The position numbers were made by a program, and so were the translations under genes. Below the pieces are notes generated by a model, which had not been told where the DNA came from, ran no database searches, and saw only the letters and a list, made by a program, of their open reading frames with translations. DNA of 64,000 nucleotides. Origin: a virus. The DNA lies in the IMG/VR virus record IMGVR_UViG_3300037225_001188, positions 1 to 64,000 of that record. The stretch is one strand, 5' to 3'. This document shows positions 1-9,779 of this stretch, in pieces. Position 1 is the first letter of the stretch. Each line of letters opens with the position of its first letter.

Positions 1-106
1 CGCGTGGCGCAGTTCGCCCGCACGATGATGGCGGTGCGCGGGCTGAAGGTCGCACCGGGCAAGCGGATGACCACGATGCGCGCGGCGGTCGTGACGCCGT
101 AGCCCC

Positions 107-424
107 GTGCTCCCCGTCGGCCACATCGTCTGCCTCGCGGGCAGGTCGCTGCGCGAGGAGATCTCGTACACCATCGACGACCGCCCCGGCCTCGTGCGCA
201 TCTGGTGCGCCGAGTTCCAGTTGTGGGGCTCGGGCGGGAAGATCGCCGACGCCATCCGCGAGCTGCAGAACACGCTCGAGGCGACGTGGGCGGACTTCGT
301 GATGACGGACGACGCCAGCCTCGGCAACGTCGCCCGGCTGCAGAAGGCGCGCCTGCGCTGGCTCATGGGCGACGCGCCGCTCAGCCCCACGTCCATCGAG
401 GGCACCGCCCTCACCGACCCGTAG
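107..424 (+). CDS. small hypothetical protein, possibly HicB-like fold
   Basis: GTG-start ORF; segment WCAEFQLWGSGGKIADAIRELQ resembles HicB-type beta-beta-alpha motif. Confidence 0.45.
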   Translation: MLPVGHIVCLAGRSLREEISYTIDDRPGLVRIWCAEFQLWGSGGKIADAIRELQNTLEATWADFVMTDDASLGNVARLQKARLRWLMGDAPLSPTSIEGTALTDP

Positions 425-436
425 GAGGTCCCGACC

Positions 437-1798
437 ATGCGTACCCGAGTCCTGCTGCTCCTCGCCGTCTCCGCGGCGCTCTTCGTCGCGGCCTTCAGCC
501 TCACGTTCGGCTGCGGCCCCACCACGCCCCAGCCAGTGCCGACCCCGATCGTGCAGGCCGACGCCGCCCCGCCGGCGTCCATCCCGGCCTCGCAGCCGAC
601 CTCCGACCGCGCGCCCGTGTCCCTGTGCTCGACCTCGACTGGAAAGCAGGTCGACCGCGGCGCCCACCCGCACTTGATGGAGGCCTTGTCGCGCAAGGTC
701 CACCACAAGCACCGCCGGGTGTGCGCCAAGGCCAAGCCCGGCCACGTCGCCTGCCACTCCCGCGTGCGGCTGGGACCCAAGGGGCTGCGCCCGATGGCCG
801 CGGTGACCCCGCAGGGCTTCGGGCCAGCGGACCTCCGCGCCGCGTACGCGATCCCGAACGGCGGCGCCGGCGCCGTCATCGCCATCGTGGACGCCCAGGA
901 CAACCCCCGGGCCGAGAAGGACCTCGCCACCTACCGGGCGCACTACAAGCTCCCGCCCTGCACGACGGCGAACGGCTGCTTCAGGAAGGTGAACCAGGCG
1001 GGTGCCGCGAAGCCGCTCCCGAAGGCCGACAGCGGCTGGTCCGGGGAGATCAGCCTGGACCTGCAAATGGCGAGCGCGGCGTGCCCCGCGTGCAAGCTCC
1101 TGCTCGTGGAGGCCAACAGCGCCAGCATGCTCGACCTCGGAGCCGCGGTGAATGCCGCGGTGAAGCTCGGGGCGACCGTGATCTCGAACAGCTACGGCGG
1201 CGACGAGGACGGAAGCACCCTCGCTTCCGAGGCGTTCTTCAACCACCCGGGCGTCGCCATCTTCGCGTCTGCTGGCGACGGCGGCTACGGCGCGGAGTAC
1301 CCGGCCAGTTCCGCGCACGTCACCGCGGTCGGCGGCACGGCGCTCATGGCAGCCGCGGGCTCCGTCCGGGGGTGGGTCGAGAGCGTGTGGGGCAGCGCCG
1401 ACGACGCCAACGGCGGGACCGGCAGCGGCTGCAGCAAGTACGTCTCGAAGCCCGCGTGGCAGAAGGACACGGGCTGCGCGAAGCGCACCGTCGGCGACGT
1501 CGCCGCGGTGGCCGACCCGGACACTGGGGTCAGCGTCTACGATAGCTACAGCGGCGGCTGGACCGTCTTCGGCGGCACCTCGGCGGCCTCGCCCCTGGTC
1601 TCCGCCATCTACGCAGCGGCGGGGCAGGGCAAGGCCACCGGCTCGCTGTCCTACGCGCACCCCGCGGCCTTCTACGACGTGCTCCAGGGCACGGACGGCG
1701 CCTGCATCGTCCCCTACTTGTGTACCGCCTGCGTGGGCTACGACGGCCCCACCGGCAACGGCACGCCCAACGGGGCGGCGCTCGCGGCGCTCCCGTGA
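437..1798 (+). CDS. secreted/lipoprotein S53 (sedolisin-like) serine peptidase
   Basis: GGAGG RBS; hydrophobic signal ending TFGC; E-x-x-L-D (EISLD), SAGD oxyanion motif, GGTSAASP catalytic Ser, C-terminal GYDGPTGNGTP. Confidence 0.9.
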   Translation: MRTRVLLLLAVSAALFVAAFSLTFGCGPTTPQPVPTPIVQADAAPPASIPASQPTSDRAPVSLCSTSTGKQVDRGAHPHLMEALSRKVHHKHRRVCAKAKPGHVACHSRVRLGPKGLRPMAAVTPQGFGPADLRAAYAIPNGGAGAVIAIVDAQDNPRAEKDLATYRAHYKLPPCTTANGCFRKVNQAGAAKPLPKADSGWSGEISLDLQMASAACPACKLLLVEANSASMLDLGAAVNAAVKLGATVISNSYGGDEDGSTLASEAFFNHPGVAIFASAGDGGYGAEYPASSAHVTAVGGTALMAAAGSVRGWVESVWGSADDANGGTGSGCSKYVSKPAWQKDTGCAKRTVGDVAAVADPDTGVSVYDSYSGGWTVFGGTSAASPLVSAIYAAAGQGKATGSLSYAHPAAFYDVLQGTDGACIVPYLCTACVGYDGPTGNGTPNGAALAALP

Positions 1799-1858
1799 AT
1801 TAGAACTCCTCCAGACCTTCCCCCGCTGGTACACTGCAGGCAGCACAGGAGCCGACCC

Positions 1859-2554
1859 ATGGGCGTCGAAACGACCGCGCTCGAGCAGAAGATCAAGGAC
1901 CTGGCCGAGTCATGCGGGACCGAGCCGCCGAAGAACGTGCTCGGCGACCCGGCACACGCCGTTGCCCCGTCAGGGAACGCCAAGGCGCCGGACAAGGTGG
2001 TCCACGACGGGGGCGCGCTCGCCTTCGACCTCAACGGCGTGCTCGGAGGGAGTGACGTCCATGGGGCCAACGTCCGCGTCTCCCTGGTCTCCTCCGGTGC
2101 TCACGAGGACGTCGCCACGACGTGGCTCCCGGGGTCGGGCGACCCGGACAACCAGAACGGGACGGGGAAGAACCAGGCTGCGACCGGGCTGCTCGGGCAG
2201 GGCACGCCGAGCACGGTGGCGGCCGACTACCTCGTCGACAAGCTGCTCGGCCACGGGAGCGCGTGGGCGCTCGACGGCGGCGGGAAGCCGACGTCGCCGC
2301 TGCGCGTGATCGTCGACGGGGTCGGCGCGTACTTCGAGTCGTGCATGTCGCAGTCGACGGAGCAGACCGGGACCGGGAGCGAGCAGTCCATCGCCCACGG
2401 GTTGGGGGTGGTGCCGAAGATAGCCTTGGCCATCCCGTCGTCGTCGCCGGTGGTGCCGACCGCGTGGTCGATCAACCCTGGCACGCACGACGCGACCAAC
2501 TGCAAGTTCACCGCCACGCTCGGCTGGAAGTACAGGGTGCTGGCGATAGCGTAA
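1859..2554 (+). CDS. hypothetical protein; C-terminus resembles phage tail-fibre-type beta domain (IAHGLGVVP)
   Basis: AGGAG RBS, GC3-rich ORF. Confidence 0.55.
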   Translation: MGVETTALEQKIKDLAESCGTEPPKNVLGDPAHAVAPSGNAKAPDKVVHDGGALAFDLNGVLGGSDVHGANVRVSLVSSGAHEDVATTWLPGSGDPDNQNGTGKNQAATGLLGQGTPSTVAADYLVDKLLGHGSAWALDGGGKPTSPLRVIVDGVGAYFESCMSQSTEQTGTGSEQSIAHGLGVVPKIALAIPSSSPVVPTAWSINPGTHDATNCKFTATLGWKYRVLAIA

Positions 2555-2578
2555 ATCTGTCGACGTACCCTCAGCACG

Positions 2579-4078
2579 ATGCTCCGCCTCGAGTTGGATA
2601 GCCTCTACCTGAACCTCCGCGAGGCCAACAGCGAAGTCTTGAAGGTCATCGACCAGGTGACTAGCTACGCTATCGAGGGGGCGTGGTTCTCGTCGGCGTT
2701 CAGGAACAAGACGTGGGACGGGCGACAGCATCTACTCTCGTTCTCGCGCGCCAACGGGTACCGCGTCTACGGCGGGTGCGCGGCCGACGTCGTGGCCGCG
2801 CTGCGCAACGAGCACGTCCCGTTCGAGTACGTCGACCTGAGGAAGGTCCCGGAGCCGACCTGCGACCACGGCTGGACCGGCCTCATCTGCGACCAGAAGG
2901 GGAAGCTCGTCGAGTTCCAGCCGCGCGACTACCAGGTGGCGGCCGCCCGCGCCGTCCTCACCGAGACGCTCCCGCTCGGCCGCGGCATGCTCAAGCTCCC
3001 CATCCGCAGCGGGAAGACCTGCGTCGGAGCGCTCATCATCGCAGCGCTGCAGGTGCCGGCCATCTTCATCGTCACCAACGACCTGCTGCTCCAGCAGACC
3101 GTGAGGTTGTACGAGAGCATGTTCTCGTCCAGGGTCGGGGTCATCGGCGCCGGGCGCTGGGACCCGACCGACCTCACGGTCGCCACCGTGCAGACGCTGC
3201 ACTCGCGGGTCGACCAGCCGGAGTTCAAGCAGCTGATGGAGCGCGCGGACCTGGTGGTCTTCGATGAAGTCCACCACCTACAAGGTAGTACAAAAGCACA
3301 CACCGCGCCACAAGGCGCGAAGCCGAAGGCGAAGAAGGCCTCGGGCGGGTGGAAGGACATCGCGCTTCGCTGCAACGCCTACTACAAGATCGGCCTCAGC
3401 GCGACCATCTACATCGACGTCGCCAAGGCGGCGGAGAAGTCCGCCATCTGGCTCAAGGCGGCCACCGGGAGCATCGCCTACGAGGTCACGACCAAGCGCA
3501 TGATCGAGGAGGGGTGGCTGCTGCGCCCGATCGTCGAGATGCACCGGGTGGTCGGGCCGCAGATCCAGGGTGACTGGGCGGAGGACGAGGTCTACCGGCG
3601 CGGGGTCGTCAACTACGCCAGGCGCAACCAGCTCATCCTGGGGCTCACCATGGACGAGGTGGCGCTCGGGGGGCGCATCATGGTGCACGCGCACCACCAC
3701 GAGCACATCGACGCGCTGCACGAGATGTTGGAGGGGGCCGGCGCGAAGGTGGAGAAGCTCAGCGGGAAGGTCCACGGGCAGGAGCGGAAGGAGGTCATGG
3801 TCCGCTTCCGCCGCGGGAAGACCCAGGTCCTGGTCGGCAACATCTTCGGCGAGGGCCTGGACGTCCCCGAGGTCGACGTGGTGGTGAACGCGGAGGGCGG
3901 GGAATCGAGAAAGAGATCGATACAAAGACTTAGGAACCTTACACCGTCTCCAGGAAAAAAATACGTCAAGGTGATCGACTTCCTCGACGAGCACGAGGCG
4001 CACCTCGCGAAGCACGCTCGGGCCCGGCTCAAGGCCTACCGTGCCGAGGACGCCTTCGACGTACGGGTAGTGGGGTAG
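2579..4078 (+). CDS. SF2 DEAD/DEAH-box helicase (UvsW/XPB-like)
   Basis: PRDYQ, PIRSGKT, DEVHH, SAT, EGLDVP and motif VI. Confidence 0.92.
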   Translation: MLRLELDSLYLNLREANSEVLKVIDQVTSYAIEGAWFSSAFRNKTWDGRQHLLSFSRANGYRVYGGCAADVVAALRNEHVPFEYVDLRKVPEPTCDHGWTGLICDQKGKLVEFQPRDYQVAAARAVLTETLPLGRGMLKLPIRSGKTCVGALIIAALQVPAIFIVTNDLLLQQTVRLYESMFSSRVGVIGAGRWDPTDLTVATVQTLHSRVDQPEFKQLMERADLVVFDEVHHLQGSTKAHTAPQGAKPKAKKASGGWKDIALRCNAYYKIGLSATIYIDVAKAAEKSAIWLKAATGSIAYEVTTKRMIEEGWLLRPIVEMHRVVGPQIQGDWAEDEVYRRGVVNYARRNQLILGLTMDEVALGGRIMVHAHHHEHIDALHEMLEGAGAKVEKLSGKVHGQERKEVMVRFRRGKTQVLVGNIFGEGLDVPEVDVVVNAEGGESRKRSIQRLRNLTPSPGKKYVKVIDFLDEHEAHLAKHARARLKAYRAEDAFDVRVVG

Positions 4079-4199
4079 GGCGGCCTTAGATGCCGACGGC
4101 GGTGCGATTTCTCTTGACGCTCTGGGAGAGCTGTGAGAATGTCGAAAACGTCGCGAAGGCTTGAAGGGCTGAACGCGACGATGTAAAGGAATTGGGAAC

Positions 4200-4310
4200 A
4201 ACGCCTCCGTGCTGATGATGATGGGCCGGGGACGCCGGAACGGGTTTTTCCCTGTTCCTACCGTTCCCGGCACCTTCACCCCGACCCATCATCATCAATT
4301 CGGAGGCGTT
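4200..4310 (+). promoter_or_regulatory. long imperfect hairpin sequestering the RBS of the initiator gene
   Basis: 4200-4209 pairs 4301-4310; 4213-4225 pairs 4285-4297; 4227-4231 pairs 4279-4283; 4234-4243 pairs about 4261-4271; GGAGG at 4302-4306 lies in the stem. Confidence 0.75.
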
Positions 4311-4311
4311 C

Positions 4312-5616
4312 TTGCGTCAAGCCGAACAATCATCATCAACTCCTCGTCGTTACATCGATCCCTACAAGAAGTACGTCGGCGTTCATATCCCGAACTGGCT
4401 GGTATGCAGAACCGAGATCAGCCACGGGGCGAAGATCGTCTGGGGTAGGTTGGCCCAGTTTGCCGGTAAGAACAAAACAGCTTTCCCATACATCAGTACT
4501 CTATCGAAAGAGGTTGGTTTAGGAGAACGTCAGACGAGAGCGTGTCTCAATGAGTTAGTAAAGTTCGATTTAATCGAAGGAACAGATAGACGCGCTGAGT
4601 CAAAGTCCACCGTGTATAAGTTCCTCGACCATCCTTGGTCACACGAAGACGACTACGATGACGCTGCCGGACCCTCCGGCGGAATCCTGCCGGACCCTCC
4701 GGCGGAAGACGAAGAAGGTGATCGAATCGAACAGAATCCTGCCGGACCCTCCGGCGGAATCCTGCCGGACCCTCCGGCGGAATCCTGCCGGACCCTCCGG
4801 CGGAATCCTGCCGGGGTATATAATGAAGTAAGAGAATCAGAGAAGAGAATCATAGTAAGTTCCGCTTCGCCTTCGGCTCAAGCGGCTACCTCGAAGGCGA
4901 AGCCGGCTGGGAAGAAGAAAAGCTCAAAGCCTCAACTCGAAGGGCTCATCGTCCCAGGAGCCGAAGGCCTGAAGAACGAGTACTTCAGGAAGCGCAACCT
5001 GGCAGGCTGCAGGCATACCTCGAAGATGGAGAGAGACGGCCTGGTCCACTTCGAGAAGTGCGTCGCGATGTGCGAAGAGGTGAGTGTCCAGCCGACGAAG
5101 TTCCTCGAGTATCTCATCCAGGAGTTCCCCAAGTTCGCTAAGGGGCAGAAGTTCGTCCCTACCAGCTTGCTCGTCAGTGACTCAATGCTGAATCAGTTCT
5201 TGGCTTACGATCCGAAGTCAGCCCCATCCAGCAGCTCCGCCCATCCCTCCGTCGCGCTCGAGAAGAACCACGAGGACTACCCGGCCGAGCTTGCCAGCCG
5301 CTTCCTCTCGGCCGGTCTCTCGCTACCAGAGAAGAAGAGCAGTATCGGGCGCATCGTCAACGACGCGAAGAACCGGGCCGCCGAGCTGCCGCACACCCAG
5401 GGGCTTCCGTGGGGCCGTCACGTCCACGCCTGCCTCTGCGCCGCCTACGACAACCCGGACGGGCTGCGGGCGTGGATCGTCCGCGACGTTGATCTCATCC
5501 AGGAGCAGTGGCAGGACGTCGTCAGCACCGCGCTCCGGCTCGTTGAGGAGGACGGCGATAGGTTCTCGGTCTGGGAACCGCTCTTCCAGATCTACCAGGA
5601 GGTAGGCGCCAAATGA
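4312..5616 (+). CDS. phage replication initiator (N-terminal winged HTH, lambda O/DnaD-like organisation)
   Basis: N-terminal ISHGAKIVWGRL..AFPYISTLSKEVGLGERQ..LNEL HTH; internal iterons; followed by DnaC-like loader and DnaB. Confidence 0.85.
   Translation: MRQAEQSSSTPRRYIDPYKKYVGVHIPNWLVCRTEISHGAKIVWGRLAQFAGKNKTAFPYISTLSKEVGLGERQTRACLNELVKFDLIEGTDRRAESKSTVYKFLDHPWSHEDDYDDAAGPSGGILPDPPAEDEEGDRIEQNPAGPSGGILPDPPAESCRTLRRNPAGVYNEVRESEKRIIVSSASPSAQAATSKAKPAGKKKSSKPQLEGLIVPGAEGLKNEYFRKRNLAGCRHTSKMERDGLVHFEKCVAMCEEVSVQPTKFLEYLIQEFPKFAKGQKFVPTSLLVSDSMLNQFLAYDPKSAPSSSSAHPSVALEKNHEDYPAELASRFLSAGLSLPEKKSSIGRIVNDAKNRAAELPHTQGLPWGRHVHACLCAAYDNPDGLRAWIVRDVDLIQEQWQDVVSTALRLVEEDGDRFSVWEPLFQIYQEVGAK
4664..4860 (+). 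repeat. iterons and A-rich tract: putative replication origin
   Basis: 23-bp unit CTGCCGGACCCTCCGGCGGAATC at 4664, 4687 (21 bp), 4739, 4762, 4785, partial 4808, then an AT/purine-rich tract. Confidence 0.85.
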
Positions 5617-5903
5617 CTGCCCAGCAGATCGTCCTGCTGTTCAACCTCTACGACTACTCCCTGTCGCAGCACCCCGACGTTGCGGCGCAGCAGGCCAACC
5701 TGAAGGTCCAGCCACCGTGCCAGCGCGTCGCCTGGGATCACGCGCTCTGGATGTGCCGCGAGGCCACCACGTTCGTGGTCGAGGGTCGCCTCGACAAGGC
5801 CGAGCGCTGGCTCGGTTTCGTCCAGGGCGCGCTGTGGATCCTCGGGGTTTTCTCGATCGACGAGATGCGCGAGCACGTCCGCTCCATGTCGGTGCCGGTT
5901 TGA
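5613..5903 (+). CDS. conserved phage hypothetical protein
   Basis: ATGA coupling; KAERWLGFVQGALW motif. Confidence 0.7.
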   Translation: MTAQQIVLLFNLYDYSLSQHPDVAAQQANLKVQPPCQRVAWDHALWMCREATTFVVEGRLDKAERWLGFVQGALWILGVFSIDEMREHVRSMSVPV

Positions 5904-6619
5904 TCCCGCGGGCGCGCGACCACCAGGCGCAGCTCGAGGCCTGGTTCGCCAAGGCGGCCGCGGAGGCGAAGAAGGGCTGCGAGGACTGCGGCGGCAAGGG
6001 CTACGTCGTCAAGCTCGACGCCGTGTTCATGCAGCCGAGTTCCAGCCGCTGCGAGTGCATGAAGCGGGCGAACCACGAGTTCGCGATGCGGCGCGGTAAC
6101 GTCCCGTCGGAGTACCGGAAGCTCGGCGGGATGTCGGTGCTCGCGCCCGTCGCCGACTTCATTGCCAAGCTCGACGACGCCGAGGCCAGGCGCGGTCTTC
6201 TCCTCGTCGGCTCCTACGGCAGCGGGAAGACGACGGCTGCCTGCCAGGTGCTCAGCCAGGCTGCGGGACTTGGGCGGAGCATCTTCCGCGTCGAGGCCAC
6301 CGAGGTTGAACGCGCCCTCTCGCTCATCAAGAGCCGCCAGGACTGGGTCGACCAGTGGTTACAGGACGGGATGTACTCCGACGTGGTCGCGGTCGACGAG
6401 CTGGGGGCCGAAGCGGTCGCCGGCACGAACGGCCGCGAGGCGCGCTCGCTGATCTCCTACTTCGTCAAGCACCGCGTCGAGAACGGCATGCCGACGGTCG
6501 TGTGCACGAACCTGGAGCAGGATGACTTCGTCCACCACTACGGCGAGGCCACCGCGTCGGTGGTCTTCGGCCACCGCTACACCGTCGCTACGGTCGGCGA
6601 GCAGGACTTCCGTCGGTGA
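5900..6619 (+). CDS. DnaC/IstB-like helicase loader ATPase
   Basis: TTG start overlapping upstream stop; CEDC...CEC Zn site; GSYGSGKT Walker A; VAVDELG Walker B; VCTNL. Confidence 0.88.
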   Translation: MIPRARDHQAQLEAWFAKAAAEAKKGCEDCGGKGYVVKLDAVFMQPSSSRCECMKRANHEFAMRRGNVPSEYRKLGGMSVLAPVADFIAKLDDAEARRGLLLVGSYGSGKTTAACQVLSQAAGLGRSIFRVEATEVERALSLIKSRQDWVDQWLQDGMYSDVVAVDELGAEAVAGTNGREARSLISYFVKHRVENGMPTVVCTNLEQDDFVHHYGEATASVVFGHRYTVATVGEQDFRR

Positions 6620-7995
6620 GCACGACGGCCCGCCTGGAGAAGCAGGTCTTGTTTCGGGCGCTCGTAGAGCCCGCCTTCCGGGCCAAGGCCAGGGGCCCGC
6701 TCGAGAAGGGCGGCTGCTTCGGCGACCCGGCGCTCGCGTGGGTCTGGCGCACTGCGCTCACCCTCCCAGCCGACGAGCCGATCTCCCGCACCGCGCTCAT
6801 GGCGCTGGTCGAGCTGGCGTGGAGGGAGCAGCCGGAGAAGGAGGAGCTGCACGTCACGATGGTCGACCAGGTCTTCGAGCAGGCCGGCGCCAACCTCGCC
6901 AGCATGGCGAGTGTCGAGGCGCTCAACCAGCTCGTCGCCCACGCGCGGCTCGAGAAGGCCGTCGTCGAGGCCGGGACGCTCCTCGACAAGGGCGACGTCG
7001 AGGGGGCGCAGAAGTGCATCGCGGCCATCCAGAAGCAGGGGCTCGGCCAGGGCCGCGTCCGCCGCGTCGACTACGCCGAGTCGGTCCCCGAGCGTCTCGC
7101 GGCGATGCGGGCGCAGGACGGGCCGTCCTACACGTACATCCCGACCGGCATCCCGGGGATCGACAAGTACATCGACGGGGTGCGCCTCAGCGAGCTGCTG
7201 CTCATCGTGGCGACTACGGGCATGGGCAAGTCGATCATGGCGATGTGCCTCGCGGCCGCGTCGGCGATGCCCGACCCGCGCCGCGCCCGGCACCCGGACG
7301 GGTTCGTCACCGCCGTGTTCGCCACCGAGATGCTCATCGAGCAGGTGGCGATGCGCTTCGACGCGCACTTCGCCGGGCTGGAGCATCGCAAGTTCAAGAC
7401 GTGGGGCTTCAGCAGCGAGGAGGAGGATCGGCTCGCCGAGACGTTCGCGGTCAAGATGGAGCAGCTTCGCGGGAAGCTGTTCCTCTTCGACACGCCGATC
7501 CGCGAGTGCAAGCTCGAGGTCGTCGAGCACGCGGTCATGGACCTGGAGGACGAGCTGGGGGTGGCGGTCGAGAACGTGGTCCTCGACTCCCCCGGGCAGT
7601 TCAAGCCGGAGCGCAAGTATGAGCAGAAGCGGCTCGAGGCCGCCGACGTGTTCTGGGACATCAAGGCGATGGCCCGCGGTGAGGGGCTCGTCAAGCACGT
7701 GATGGCGGTCGAGGCCACCGACCAGGCAGCGAAGGAGTACGAGCGCAAGATGGCCGGCTCAAGTGCCACCAGCGAGAGCTACGACAAGGCGCGCATCTGC
7801 GACCTCATGATTACAATGAACCAGGACGGGGTTCAAGAGATCAATGGAGAAATGATCTTGAACCTCGCGAAAGCAAGAGACAGTCAATCGCGTGCACAGG
7901 TGAAGGTTCGCACGATGTACAACGTCATGCGCTTCGAGGAGATCGGTGAGGTATTGCGCTCCGACCTTGTTAGCGACGAGACGAGAGGACGATGA
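6616..7995 (+). CDS. dnaB: DnaB-like replicative helicase
   Basis: IPTGIPGID, ATTGMGKS, FATEM, VVLD, AKARD. Confidence 0.88.
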   Translation: MSTTARLEKQVLFRALVEPAFRAKARGPLEKGGCFGDPALAWVWRTALTLPADEPISRTALMALVELAWREQPEKEELHVTMVDQVFEQAGANLASMASVEALNQLVAHARLEKAVVEAGTLLDKGDVEGAQKCIAAIQKQGLGQGRVRRVDYAESVPERLAAMRAQDGPSYTYIPTGIPGIDKYIDGVRLSELLLIVATTGMGKSIMAMCLAAASAMPDPRRARHPDGFVTAVFATEMLIEQVAMRFDAHFAGLEHRKFKTWGFSSEEEDRLAETFAVKMEQLRGKLFLFDTPIRECKLEVVEHAVMDLEDELGVAVENVVLDSPGQFKPERKYEQKRLEAADVFWDIKAMARGEGLVKHVMAVEATDQAAKEYERKMAGSSATSESYDKARICDLMITMNQDGVQEINGEMILNLAKARDSQSRAQVKVRTMYNVMRFEEIGEVLRSDLVSDETRGR

Positions 7996-8834
7996 TGAAA
8001 GCACTCTGTGAGAAGATCGAAGTCTACGGTTTCCGGCGTGCGCTCGAAGGGATGCGGAACCCGGAGGAGAGCTGGCGGAAGAGCGACTCGACCTACTGGG
8101 GCAGCAACCCGATGGTGGACGACGGGTCGTTCTCGATTTTCGCGCCAGAGCGTCCGCTGCTCGGCTCTGAGGATCTGCACCTCGCCTGCAAGCTCATCAC
8201 CGCCGGCAGCGACCACCGCAAGTTCTGCCGGCAGATAATGGTGTGGGTCGACTTCAACCTGCCGCGCTTCTTGTGGCAGGAGGCCGACACGTACAAGGTC
8301 GGCACCACGCGCGACTCCTGCTCGACGATGCACACCATCCACCGGCGCGATCTGGGAGCGGACGACTTCGTCGATGGCGACGTCGCCCAGGAGACGCTCG
8401 CCGACATCAACGCGCTCATCGCTGTCTACAAGGGCGACAAGAGCCCCGAGAACCTGCACCGGCTCAAGGCCCACATCACCGAGGGATTCCTCCAGCGGGC
8501 CACGTACACGATGTCGTACGAGACCTGCTTCAACATGTACTTCGCCCGGCGCAACCACCGGATGAAGGAGTGGAGCGGCCCCGACGGCATCTGCGCGATG
8601 ATCGCCCAGCTCCCGCTCATGTCCGTCTTCCTGCCGGCGTACGAGAAGCCGATGCTCGAAGCTGCGCAGAACAAGAAGCTGCTCGGGGACCTCATTTGCC
8701 TGCTCAGCCAGCAGGTCATCGGCGACGAGGGCGCGGTCGACACGCTGAAGCGAGTTATCGCCGAGCGCGACGCACTCGACAATCAAGTGAAGGCTGTCGG
8801 TAGCGCGCTTGAGCTTGAGGCGAACCGTGAGTGA
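7992..8834 (+). CDS. phage ThyX-like (flavin-dependent thymidylate synthase fold) protein
   Basis: GMRNP..SWRKSDS, GSDHRKF.RQI.V, W.E.DTYKVGT..SCSTMH, RRNHR..EW motifs; fold assignment is recalled, not verified. Confidence 0.6.
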   Translation: MMKALCEKIEVYGFRRALEGMRNPEESWRKSDSTYWGSNPMVDDGSFSIFAPERPLLGSEDLHLACKLITAGSDHRKFCRQIMVWVDFNLPRFLWQEADTYKVGTTRDSCSTMHTIHRRDLGADDFVDGDVAQETLADINALIAVYKGDKSPENLHRLKAHITEGFLQRATYTMSYETCFNMYFARRNHRMKEWSGPDGICAMIAQLPLMSVFLPAYEKPMLEAAQNKKLLGDLICLLSQQVIGDEGAVDTLKRVIAERDALDNQVKAVGSALELEANRE

Positions 8835-9195
8835 CGACAAGGACGAGAGGGGCGGCCTGTACGGCCTGCTCACGGTGGTCGTGAAGTACATCCTCGGACC
8901 GGTGGTCGCGGCCATCATCTCGTGGGGCTTCGCGGCCGACCGGGCCGACAAGAACCATGCGAAGAGCGAGGTCGGGTACAAGGTCGTGGCGGAGAGCCTG
9001 AACCAGGACGTCTCGAAGCAGATCGACGACCTCGTGAAGCGCCTCGACGTGATGGAGCGGGCGGTGGCCGCGAACCGATCTACCTCCGCCATCCTCGACG
9101 ACATCAAGCACGGGCGGTCGAAGCCGCCGGAGTCTCGTGCTCCTAGGCGCCAGCTCGTCCCCGACAGCCTTGATCGGGCTCAGGGTGCACGATGA
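8827..9195 (+). CDS. single-TM membrane protein with coiled coil
   Basis: hydrophobic N-terminal helix, translational coupling. Confidence 0.6.
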   Translation: MSDDKDERGGLYGLLTVVVKYILGPVVAAIISWGFAADRADKNHAKSEVGYKVVAESLNQDVSKQIDDLVKRLDVMERAVAANRSTSAILDDIKHGRSKPPESRAPRRQLVPDSLDRAQGAR

Positions 9196-9779
9196 ACGGC
9201 GAGGTCGAGGTGAAGAACGGCGAGGTCGTGGCGTTCAAGCGCAACGAGGAGAACGTCGTGATCGGGACGGCCCACGCTGTCGTCGAGTCCGGTCCGGTCA
9301 CCGCCGAGAAGCGGCGCGGGTACATGCCGGAGAGCGCCTCCGACGAGTGGGGGACTCCGCTCGAGCTGTTCCTGGCGCTCGACGACGAGTTCCAATTCCA
9401 GATCGACGCGGCAGCTTCGAAGGAGAACGCCAACTGCGCCAGGTTCTACACCAGCGAGGACGACGGGCTGCTGCAGGCGTGGGACGCGCCGACCTTCATC
9501 AACCCTCCATACGGCCACGACGTCGGCAGGTGGGTCGAGAAGGCCTACCAGGAGACAATGATCGTCAGGCGCTGTCCTGTCGCGGTTCTCCTGCTCAAGT
9601 CTACCACCGACGTAAAGTGGTTCCATCGGTTCGTGTACGACGAAGAAGCCGGTGCGTTCCGCCATGGCGTCAAGGCGCGCTTCATCAAGGGCCGCCTCAA
9701 GTTCATGTCGCGGGTCGAGGGTGAGTCCGGGCAGGTTGCGCCGTTTGCGTCGGTGGTCGTCATCTTCACGAGGCCCTGA
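9192..9779 (+). CDS. phage DNA N6-adenine methyltransferase (phage Dam family)
   Basis: DEWGTP, IDAAAS..NA, NPPY, F.KGRLKF, APF.S. Confidence 0.9.
   Translation: MNGEVEVKNGEVVAFKRNEENVVIGTAHAVVESGPVTAEKRRGYMPESASDEWGTPLELFLALDDEFQFQIDAAASKENANCARFYTSEDDGLLQAWDAPTFINPPYGHDVGRWVEKAYQETMIVRRCPVAVLLLKSTTDVKWFHRFVYDEEAGAFRHGVKARFIKGRLKFMSRVEGESGQVAPFASVVVIFTRP

Noticed and set aside
205-1545. Long alternative-frame ORFs (e.g. 205-1545, 27677-29314, 56324-58051 and the upstream part of 51740-53332)
   Set aside because: Arg/Pro/Ala-rich shadow frames expected in high-GC DNA, overlapping well-supported genes.
4114-4140. Promoter TTGACG...GAGAAT upstream of the initiator
   Set aside because: 15-nt spacer and weak -10; insufficient support.
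4664-4814. CRISPR array
   Set aside because: Repeats are tandem without unique spacers, lie inside a CDS, and no cas genes are present.
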